Assembly (NCBI RefSeq): GCF_021869535.1
Contig: NW_026262734.1
Location: 16,182,001 to 16,246,000 of the forward strand
DNA: 64,000 nucleotides
Reading direction: 5' to 3'
Source of the DNA: Mytilus californianus
Lineage: Eukaryota
Shown here: piece by piece, positions 51,301 through 61,530 of the stretch
Numbering within the stretch: position 1 is the first letter of the stretch
Layout of the letters: each line of letters starts with the position of its first letter
The notes under the pieces: generated by a model
Databases searched by the model: none
What the model saw: the letters and a program-made list of their open reading frames with translations, nothing else
What the model was told of the DNA's origin: nothing
Translations under genes and position numbers: made by a program

Positions 51301-54300
51301 AACACATGAAAAGAGATATATCTTATAATAAATAAAGGTGCATTTGTCCCTAAAAGCTTTATAATGATTCCAACTAGCACTCGGTGCAAGAAAATCTAGT
51401 TTGCGCACAGCAAATAATTTTGCTTGGTGCAATATGATTGTTTTCTACAATTTAAAACGGCGAACGTTCTGCATTGAGGTGAAAAGACTACTCAGTGCAT
51501 GCAAACCTGCTATTTATACTTTGGCTCTGCCCACAAATGATGTAATACACAAGAAACGCACAACATACAGAATGGCGCCCAAAAGTGAAAGTAGCAATGA
51601 ACAGAGACGAATTTGGACAAATGCACCTGTAAATGAATATGATACATCAATTAAAGAGCATCTTTTAATAGATTTAAGTTCAGGTAAACCACTCCTTTCA
51701 TAAAAATTCTGTATTAGGCGTATCCAGGGACATCTGCATGGAGAAGTGTGGAACGGAGGCCACTACTATATAGTGAAAAATGCAAGTTTTAGTTCATGAC
51801 ATGAGGCTATTGACCAGAGCATAACAATATGTCAAGCTCTAAATGGTCTCAAGTTAAAAACATTGTAGATAGATTTAACATAGATAATCAAAGATCTGCC
51901 ATCCACACCCAAAAGTTTCCATCAACACTCAAAAGTTTCCATCAACACCCAAAATTTTCCTAACAACAACAAAATACATTACAATATAAATAAAGGGAAC
52001 CATTAAGTAGGGACTGGCCTATTGACATTTTTTTTTTAACTCAACTCCATCCCTTTTAAACTGGGTTAGTATGATGTCATGAGTATAGGCATGTTAATAA
52101 CTCTACTGATGGGCAATTTGGGTGATATTAAAACCATAAGTTCTAATATGATGATCTTCTTTTGCTTTGCAACGCAAATTGTATTATGAACAATGCTGAG
52201 ATCAAAATGGATATTTCTGTTCGTGTTGCTGGCTAGAAAATAAAACAATATTGTTCTCAAAGTAAGTCTACATGATTTAAACACTTTTTATTTATGAAAG
52301 ATTGGTTTTCTTGAACGTTTTTTTTTTCATCAAATTTAAAGGGATTCATTTCGAACATGGCTTGTAGGTCCACTTCGAGGTACAAAATTTCGGATTTTTC
52401 CTGTTAAATTCAAATTTTTTATTTCATGTCATGCTCATTTTAACATGTGAAGGGATTATAATTATCAACATTTTACACCTAACTTTAAAGATATTGACAA
52501 ATATGGTGCCTACCCATTTTAAAATGAGCATAGAGTATGACATGAAAGAATTATTTCTTAAATAGCACACCCGTTCATCAGAATTTGTTTTCATTTCAGA
52601 TATTGACAGATAAATACCTGCATGTTTTAGGAGATGACAGTAAGAGTGTATTTGCAATAGGAGATTGTGCTGATATACAAGACATGCCATTACCATGTAC
52701 TGCTCAGGTAGTGTTGTATATTCTAGTCAGCGCTTCTGTGTTGACATGAATATCATTTATATAGTCATTTTTATAAATTTCCTGTTACAAAACTTTGAAT
52801 TTTTCAGAAAAATAAGGATTTTCTTATCCCAGGAATAGATTACCTTAGCGGTATTTGGCACAACTTTTTTGGAATTTTGGGTCCTCAACGCTCTTCAACT
52901 TTGTACTTGTTTGGCTTTATAACTATTTTGATCTGAGTGTCACTGATGAGTCTTATGTAGACGAAACGCTCGTCTGGCGTATTAAATTATAATCCTGGTA
53001 CCTTTGATAACTATCTTATTGACCAAGCAAAGAGATTGATATTATTACATTTGTAGTAAAGTAAATTCATATTTTTTAAATAATTTTTCCAGTTTGACTG
53101 TCATACAATATACCTGGTACATGTTACAAAATAACATGCACAAGTGATCTAGATAACTGGTCTCTTGGTAGATCTGCTCTTGAAGCAATTGACAGAAATT
53201 CTGAATTATTCAATACTGGTTAACTTAAATGATATTTCAAGCAAGAAAGCTAACAGGTTGAAATTTGAAAATTTTTAGTGTAATGTGACAGTCAAGAGAA
53301 ATATTTGGTGTTTTTTAAAGCATATTTTTTAGGGTGGGGTTGTTTAGGGATCATAGATTTATTCTTACGAGGAAGCTCCGAGCATGCTCGGAGGATGCTC
53401 TGAGCTTTTTAAGTAGGCTCTTCTCAGCAGTTTAAGTGACAATAATTATCATGATCCATTAAAAGGTCAATCAAATCTATAGCACTTCTATAATAAGGAA
53501 AGTAGAGCATTATAGAGGAAGCTCAATTAACACCTGTGTAAGCATCTGATCTATTTAAATCCATTTTGCATGAAATTTTACAAAACTGTAAAATAGATGA
53601 GAAATTCTTTAATAGTACTGTACAATGCTTGGAAGGATTATCAAGTCCTCACAGAAAGAAAATGTTTTAAAAATAATTATCATTCTTTTTCAATACAAAA
53701 AAAAATAATCAAAATTGATATTTAAAATATAAATATATTTTACATTTATACTACAAAAGTCATCAAAGACGCAAACTATGGTTATTGATTTATAACCATA
53801 CTACCAAAACATAGTACATTCAGTTTCATGCGAAAAAGGGTTGATTTTTTTTTATATTGCATTTAATTTGATAGTTGTTGGAAATTAACCCTCCATTTCA
53901 TTTCAGAAAAGTGTTTTTGAGACGTAAACATATATCTTGGGTGTTTCAAAGCAATAAAAAAAAAATTATTTGGTATTCTATAAATATTTTGAAAATTTTA
54001 GGGGACATGGCTACTAAAGCTTGTAAACAGGTAAAAAAAGGGGGAGAGAATTTGATTTGTTAACTTCTGGTGATGTTTACTTTTTTATATGCACTGAAAA
54101 GTTATGTTGTATTGTTACTATAGTACAGGACAGGATAAAACTTTACTCATGTCAAGTAATTCTTTATTTAAAACATAGATAAATTCTGCACATTTTTTTT
54201 TAAATACCAAAGACTGATAAGGGAAACACAATTTTATGTTTGATTTTCACTAAAGTACAGGACAGGATCAAACTTTACTCATGCCAAGTATTTCTTTATT

Positions 54301-57300
54301 TAAAACAAAGCCAAATCCGCACAATTTATAAAATTGCCAATTAAAGAGAGACGTACTAGAGGGAAAACAGTGGTGGTATTACCCCCTCAACTTTTCCCAA
54401 AGTAGTCATATTTTCTATAAAAGAACTAAGTTTGCTATTTTATAAAAAAAAACATATTACCATTGTTTAGTTAGAGCCATTAATTAAACAAGTAATTTTC
54501 AAAATTACCTATACAAGTTATGTTGAAAACGAGGCTGTTTCAAATATTACTTCTATATCATGAATATAAGTAACTTCTGTTAATATTATTTTTATAGGTT
54601 CATTCATACAGGTTTTACTAGCTTTAACAAATTTTAACAGACATCTGGTTTGTTTTCCTCCTAAAATATAAAACTATTTAAATCCTCCTGAAACACTAAT
54701 TGCCTTTCTGATGCCACACTTCTTGGTCAAAGATTGGTCTCTTGGGGCTATCAAAATATCATTTTCCCTTAAAATCTTAGAGATAGACAGATATAAATAG
54801 ATGGAATTTTGTGATTTAATCAAGACTTGAAGTTATTTATAATTTGTAATCTTAATAAAAAACAATTACATATGTTCCTTAAAAAATTGTAAGTACTAAG
54901 TCTTTCAAAGATGTATAAAATAATTTATAAAAGTAATATTTTTGTCATTATTTTTAAAGTAACCTCTCTATACTCATCTCAAATTGGACAAAACTTAATT
55001 GTATTTAATGAAATGATATAAAAATTCTTAAAATCTACATTTAGTCTATTCTTCTTTTGACATTTAAAATAACTATTGAGTTATCAAATAATTTTTAAAA
55101 ACAAAAATACCTATATATAAGTAACTAAAAAAAATAACTTGTTCAGTATCACCCCCTGACTGTTGTTTGTGTCTTGATAACTTTTATGTATCATATTATA
55201 TAATATAAACTATATTTAAGTCATATCATCTAATTATAAAATTTGAGAGTTTTTTTTAATATAAAATAAGGAATTATTATTAAATATGATAAGTAATTAT
55301 TTGAATCACTTTTACTTTTTGTGGAGATTTATTCCCAAGCATTACACAGTACTGTTGAAGAATTTTTAATCTATTTTATAGTTTTGTAAAATTTCATGCA
55401 AAATGTATTTAAATAGACCAGATGTTTACACAGGTGTTAATTGAGCTTCCTCTATAATGCTTTACTTTCTTTATTATAGAAGTGGTGTAGATTTGATTGA
55501 CATCTTAATGGATCATGATAATTATTGTCACATAAACTGCTGAGAAGAGCCTACTAAAAAGCTCCGAGCATCCTCCGAGCATGCTCGGAGCTTCCTCATA
55601 AGAATAAATCTATGATCCCTTATATGTATAATTTCATATTGTTTTTATTTATCATTTTCTTTTCATTTCTATATTTGATACACTGGCTGTTCCAGCAAAG
55701 TCCTTTAAACAATTACAAAAACTTATTGAATACGTTTGAGGTAAATTCAGTTAAGTCAGGTCAAAAAGAAGATTGAATTATGTAGTTCATTTCTAAATAT
55801 GTACATGACCATTAGTGTTTATTATTTTAGGTAGCAGAAAGAGAAGGCAGATACTTAGCTAAGATGTTAAATCATGGTAAAGAATTTGCTGAACCATTTG
55901 AATTCCAGAGCATGGGCATGCTGGCTTATATTGGGAAATATCAGGCCCTTACAGATGTAAAACAAATCAAAATGCAAGGTATATAAATTCATTAGCAATT
56001 GTACAAAGGGTAGGTGTTTTTTCGGATTAAATTTCACTATTTGTAATTGAAGCGCTTCTGTATGCATTAATGTTTGCTAGTTACTTGCTGTATGTTAGTC
56101 GCTTTTTCACGCTTGTTTACAGGATGTATTATGGTATACTGTTGTCTGTCTGTCGTCAACACTTCAGACAATAACTCGAAAATTCTTTCACCAATTTTCA
56201 TGAAACTTTGGTGAATTGTTTATATCTATTGACATAAGATCACTTTTGATTTAATAAAAATTCTGATTTTAAATTTTGGAGTATCAGGACTTTATTCATA
56301 AAAAAGGGGGGATTTGCCCGTTTTTGGACAATTACTCAAAAACGCTTTTAGCAGTTTTCATGAAATTTTAGTGACTTGTTTATATCTATTGAAATTAGCT
56401 CCCTTTTGTCTTTTTATAACATTTTATGACATTGTGGAGTTATAGAACTTTATTCGTTGAAAAATCTTCAAAAACTATCCATTTTTCACACAATTTTATT
56501 CGTTCAAAATTTGAGGCCACAAACTTAGTTAAACTTGAGGTAGCCTTAGTGCCAAATTATTCATGTTTTGTGTCATTGGGTACCACTGTGTGTTCATGTC
56601 TTTTTTTAATTTTTTTTTTCTTGGGGGGGGGGGGGGGGGGGTTGTCTATTTGAGCAGTGTTCACAGTATTTCTAGTTGATCATATATATTCATTTAAAGC
56701 ATAAAGATGAGCAAAAGGGGTGACAGGTGTATCATGCTTTATTATATTTCCTTTATTTTCTGCTAAAGTATCAAATATCTATGATAGAAATATAAGTTTT
56801 AACAAATTGTGATACAATAATTCTCTTCTGGAGACTGTTAAATAGTTAAAAAATTTAACTGTTGGGAGTGGAGAAATATTGTGTCACATGAGATACAGTA
56901 TTCTCTTCTGACTTTCAGACTATATTCAGGACAATTTTATCTTTCTTTTTCAATGATATGCAAAAGAGTGTCTTCTTTTTATGTAACATATATATTTAAT
57001 CAGGAATGGTCACCTTTTTGTGACATACCAATAGTGAGATCAGTGGTAAGAAAGAATGATTGAATTTTGACTAAAAAGTAATGAAATCAAGCTAACCACA
57101 TGTTGTTTGTAAAAATATAATCAACCGTTCAGGAGAAAGTATAAATTAGAGAAAAGTGAATATCAAATTAAAGGGATAAGCATAGTAATGATAATAGCCA
57201 GGATACCAAATACACAGAAAGCAATTGTTGATGAATACATTTTACATAAAAAAAAAATCTGGAACAAACACTCCATTGTATTTTATGATTAAGGACTATT

Positions 57301-57515
57301 TTTGTTTCGTCTTCTAATGTTTGTGCACTTATAGCTTTGAAAAAGAAATACTAGAAATGTTATGACAATATGTTTTGTTCCTAGGTTTCACATCATGGAT
57401 AGTATGGAGATCAGCCTATTTAACAAGGTTAGGAAGTTGGAGACTAAGGATGCAGGTTCCCATAGACTGGCTTAAAACTTTAATGTATGGAAGAGATATA
57501 TCTAGATTTGATTAA
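45115..57515 (+). CDS. Type II (alternative, non-proton-pumping) NADH:quinone oxidoreductase NDH-2, 441 aa, 8 exons
   Basis: Exons 45115-45365, 47019-47244, 49374-49544, 49803-49962, 50535-50665, 52600-52707, 55831-55978 and 57385-57515 (1326 nt). Motifs [51 protein letters not shown] and WRSAYL...DWLKT...GRDISRF. Confidence 0.93.
45388..46103. mobile_element. Kolobok-type MITE, 716 bp, in NDH-2 intron 1
   Basis: TTAA flanks (45384, 46104), GGTCAA...TTGACC ends and about 200-bp imperfect inverted arms. Confidence 0.8.
46195..46345. repeat. 28-bp minisatellite, about 5 copies
   Basis: TAGTAGG recurs at 46211, 46239, 46267 and onward. Confidence 0.9.
47019..47244 (+). CDS. NDH-2 exon 2
   Basis: SVIEPVR...[28 protein letters not shown]|GTAAGA. 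Confidence 0.9.
47203..48833 (+). repeat. 48-bp tandem array of exon-2 end plus splice donor, 34 copies
   Basis: Unit TTTAACGTGCCTGGCGTTCAGGAACATTCCTTCTTTCTCAAG|GTAAGA. Donors run from 47244 to 48826 (33x48 minus one 2-nt deletion near 47690). Confidence 0.97.
49374..49544 (+). CDS. NDH-2 exon 3 (NADH-binding GGGPTGVE)
   Basis: 171 nt, phase 0-0. Confidence 0.9.
49803..49962 (+). CDS. NDH-2 exon 4
   Basis: DISRLY...[14 protein letters not shown]; phase 0-1. Confidence 0.9.
50535..50665 (+). CDS. NDH-2 exon 5
   Basis: [11 protein letters not shown]; phase 1-0. Confidence 0.9.
50761..51125. repeat. 37-bp minisatellite, about 10 copies
   Basis: AAAAAGACATCTAGAGATCTCCATGCTGTCTACAACT units. 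Confidence 0.95.
52600..52707 (+). CDS. NDH-2 exon 6
   Basis: VFAIGDCA...LPCTAQ; phase 0-0. Confidence 0.9.
52724..53014 (+). mobile_element. Retrozyme / Penelope-derived short repeat monomer carrying a hammerhead
   Basis: About 290-bp segment around the hammerhead core. It resembles, from recall, the common Mytilus hammerhead-bearing repeat; a decayed fragment lies at 5886-5945. Confidence 0.6.
52936..52980 (+). ncRNA. Minimal type I hammerhead ribozyme
   Basis: CUGAUGA (52943-49), stem II GUC/GAC with a 7-nt loop, GAAA (52963-66), 2-bp stem III with loop GCUC, predicted cleavage after GUC at C52974, stem I GUGUCA/UGGCGU. Confidence 0.8.
53347..55619. mobile_element. Non-autonomous PIF/Harbinger-like element with about 290-bp TIRs
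   Basis: TTA on both flanks, GGGATCATAG...CTATGATCCC termini; arms 53347-53635 and 55332-55619 are reverse complements. Confidence 0.75.
55831..55978 (+). CDS. NDH-2 exon 7
   Basis: [10 protein letters not shown]...[14 protein letters not shown]; phase 0-1. Confidence 0.9.
56103..56520 (+). mobile_element. Degenerate HINE-like repeat
   Basis: T-run, GTCT microsatellite and two decayed subrepeats (TTTTCATGAAA..TTGTTTATATCTATTGA). Confidence 0.45.
57385..57515 (+). CDS. NDH-2 terminal exon (membrane-anchor region)
   Basis: [42 protein letters not shown]. Confidence 0.9.
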
Positions 57516-60214
57516 AATCTGAAGACTGGTTTAACACTTTTCTATATGACTCAAATAGCTTTTAGATTTGAATATAACCTTAACAAATGGCTTATGATTT
57601 TACACTTAGGTAGAATTTTGTTAGATCTGAATGAAATCAATCGACTGAATAACCGGATTTTCGAAGGAAAAATCGGTTATTGATTTGGGGATGTATGGGG
57701 GTGGCTGCCAAACAGTGTTCGTTCATTAACATGAAAACGCTTTGATGAAATCTTTTCAAATTTAGATATGTTGTTTCCTGTGACTAAATGAAGGTCAAGT
57801 TCAATTTTCATGATTTTAACTGTTCTCGTTGTTGAGTTGTAGACCTTTCAGAAGCAAAAGTGATACTTATAATATGATTTATTTATTTTGAGTTATTTCC
57901 CTTTGAACAGAAAGGGTGTAATTAATAAGTATATGGATAGATAGTCTATCAATGATTATATCTGTTTTATTCATGCAATAATTTCCACCTTTTATCAAGA
58001 TAACAAACATGTGGTAATTATCAACTAACAAAATTATAATTGGAGTGACAGATTTATTTGAAAATTTTGTGTTTCCTAAGTGTTGTTGATGATAATCTCT
58101 GTAGGACTGTATAATTATAGTTTGAAATTTACTGCTCATTATTATATATTTGTTTTACCTCATTTGGATCAAATGGCTATGTGATTTATTTCCATCACTC
58201 AGCATCTGTCATCATCGGTGTCCATACTAGTCGTAAACTTTTACACTCCTCAGAAACCACAGGATTAATTTCAACCGAAAAATTTAACTGAATAATCCTT
58301 AGAGTATCTAGTAAAAAGTTATTTTGTTTGTTTCTGTCACTCAACCAACATGGCCACCATGGTTAGAATAGAACATAAGAGTAAATGCATTTATTGTGGA
58401 CAAAAATGCTCAGGAGTTATTGCCCTTAAATTATGATTCTGGACTAATTTTTTAGTTTTTGCCTTTTTTCTTGAAAACTACAACATCTACAAGTATTCAA
58501 ATATGACTGAACCATAGGATGAAAATTACCATTTAATGATGATTTTTGACTAATTGTGAGTGATTGCTTATTATTTCAATTTTTAACTGGTGAGTGATTT
58601 CACCTGTGCTTTTAAATATGTTGTAGTATTGTATCTATTTTGTCACATTTTTCACTGGTTTATCTAAGTTATCAAGTAACTAGTGTTATATCTTTATGGG
58701 AAAATGTGAAAAGTCACAATTAAGAAATATATTTTGAAATTTTTATGGTCATAAATATAAGAAATATATTTTGAAATCTTTATGGTCATAAATATAAGTA
58801 ACAGCTTTAAAAAACCAACTAGGAAATAATGCCATACTGTGATGATATACTTATTGTTTGTTGTTATTTATGAAAACGACTTAAATTTTATTTATTAAGT
58901 CATGGCTGACAGTTTTGATAAACTTATGATGTCTCTGCTTTTTAAATGACACAAAAATGTGCAGACTGAAATTGCAGGATCATAACATATGATTGACAAT
59001 AACATGAACATATAGGTACCAATACCTGAATTTTTTTCCCCCTTTTTGGTGTTTAGTTTACCCCATTATTTCATCATGAAAAATTAAAATTAGTAACATA
59101 CATTTCATTTGTGCCAAGTCAGCGAATTTTCTGTTATATTAAAAAAGGTGTACATGGTGTTCTGTTTAAATCTTACATGAAAATGTATGGGTATTTATGA
59201 CAAACCTATCTTATATTTTCTTCTTTGTAGGATGACTTTAAAAATTTTATGTATTTGGGCATTCATTTTACAGTTATATTGTTGGCAGCTAGTAATATTA
59301 AAAAAAATATTAAAATATGGATCACATTTTGTAATCCTCAAGGGAGGCATTAATGTATACAGAGAAGGGAAATATTTTCCTTTAACCAAATGATGTCTGT
59401 GTTATTGTAGTTGTCATACTGACTTTGTATTACTAGTGTGATTGTCACGGATGATTGTTTAAATTTTATATTGTGTTCCTTAGAACTTACAGAGAGCTCT
59501 TGTTTAATATACATTTATATGTAAATAAAAATATAATTTTGATGTTTATCTTTATTTTACTGTTTGGGTTACATGTTGGATTTGTTTCTTGAAACAAATG
59601 AATATATTTTGTTTTAGGACAAAAGTGAGTCACTTCTGTTAGTGTTCAATCATAACAAAATCTATTGTTTTGATCTTACTTTATTTAATAATTGTTTTTT
59701 GGTTGTCCTGTTTCAGGGGTGTAGTCTTATATTGTAGAATGATGCATTGCTGTTAATGGTCATGAATGACTTTTTGAGATTTATATTTTTCTCTCTTTTA
59801 CGGTTTATTGTCTTGCCGACAACAAAAGTCATAGAATGTGAGAAAAGGCATGCTAGTGCCGCAGCAGCGTAAACTATTTGTATAAAGCTTTATATTTCAG
59901 AAGGCAGAAGTACCTTGTATACAGATACCGTTTGTTATGAAGTTTTTGTCCTGTACATGTCTTTTGTCCTTGAACTCAGGGTTCAGTGAGTGTGTTTTTT
60001 TATTAAGTGAATTTTCTCGCTCATTTTGAGTAATATGATAACTATAGTTGGGTTTATATCCTGGCATGGTCTTCATGTCTGTCAGACAGGGTTTACCTGA
60101 CCTTGGCCTCATTTCATGTATCAGTGATCAAGGTGTAGTTTTTGTGGTCAAGGGTGTTTCTCAGATACTATAAGCAATAGGTCAACTATATTTGGTGTAT
60201 GGAATGATTAAATA

Positions 60215-61220
60215 AACTGCTTCGCTGAGCGCAGCTGGATACGACCACAGAGGTCCAACCCTGAACAGTTGGGGCAAAAATGGACACAATATTCAAGCTT
60301 GATACCGGTCTGAATTTGGATTGTAATTAAATATTTGACACATTATAAGTTTCTGACTCAGAATAAATGTAGTCAAAGAACTTGAAATTTATTAATTTAT
60401 ATTCAATAGAAAATTTCTTGCTGTTCTGCAATACACTGTGCTGTTGCGCAATACTTAGCAAATCCGTTTTCAGACTATATACAAAGAATAATCAAAATAA
60501 ATTGTGACCCCCATTTTTTCTTTGGAAAATTGACAATTTCTTAAATCTTGAGGGAAAAAAAGTTGACACCTCCCCCAAAATTTTTTTTTTACCCCCCACA
60601 CACACACTTTTCAAAAAAAAAATTTGAATAATTGAAGAAATTTTCTTTTTAATTTCTTAAATCTGAAAAAAAATGACCCCCCCAAAAAAAATTACCCCCC
60701 CCCCCCCCCCCTTCAAAAAATAACAGTTGAAGAAATTTTCTTTTTGCAAAATGTGGTACAACTTAAGAGACATCCATACACTTAAACAAAAGTTATTGTC
60801 TGAAAACTAGAAAAATGCTTGTTTTAGACCCTTTTTGGCCCCTAATTCCTGAACTGTTTGGGCAATTACCCCCAAAATGAATCCAAACCTTCTACTTGTG
60901 GCATTAAACCTTGTGGTACAATTTCAGAGCAATCAAAATACTTATACACAAGTTATTGTCCTGAAACTATAGAAAAATGCTTGTTTTGGGCCCCTTTTTG
61001 GCCCCTAATTCCTAACTGGTTGGGACCATCACCCCAAAAACAATCCCAACCTTCCTTTAGTTGTATTGAACCTTTTGGTTAAATTTCATAGAGATCCATA
61101 CATTTAAACTAAAGTTATTGTCTGGAAACCAAATGTCTTCGGAAGACGAAGACGTTGACGACGTTGACGACAACGTGATAGCAATATACGACCCCAAAAT
61201 TGTTTGCAGTCATATAAAAA
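60215..61220 (-). mobile_element. HINE-like element with about 170-bp subrepeats
   Basis: Repeated CTAGAAAAATGCTTGTTTT..CCC units, a GAC microsatellite and a decayed hairpin plus A-run at about 61180-61220; start motif repeated at 61443. Confidence 0.55.
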
Positions 61221-61530
61221 TCAAATATGAGCTGACACACATGAACCAACGACAATCACTGAACTAAAGGCTCCTGACTTGGGACAGGCACATAAAGAAT
61301 ATGACAGGGTTAAACATGGTTGTGAGCCGTCAACCCTCCCCTAAACTGGGACAGTGGTGTAACAGTACAATATAAGAACAAACTGTAAAAATCAGTTGCA
61401 ATTAGATTAACTCAAAAGATCAGTACGAGACACACAATAAAATGCTTCGCTGAGAGCAGCCTAATACGACCGCAGAGGTCGAACCCTGAACAGTCTGAAC
61501 ACTAGAAAAATGCTTGTTTTTTGCCCTTTT

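Noticed and set aside
56623-56641. Functional G-quadruplex element
   Set aside because: It is a simple poly-G run in repeat-derived intron sequence, similar to C-runs at 11057 and 60695; there is no supporting context.
45115-57515. Bacterial or fungal contamination, or recent HGT, as the source of NDH-2
   Set aside because: Seven canonical introns are filled with host repeats and the composition matches the flanks.
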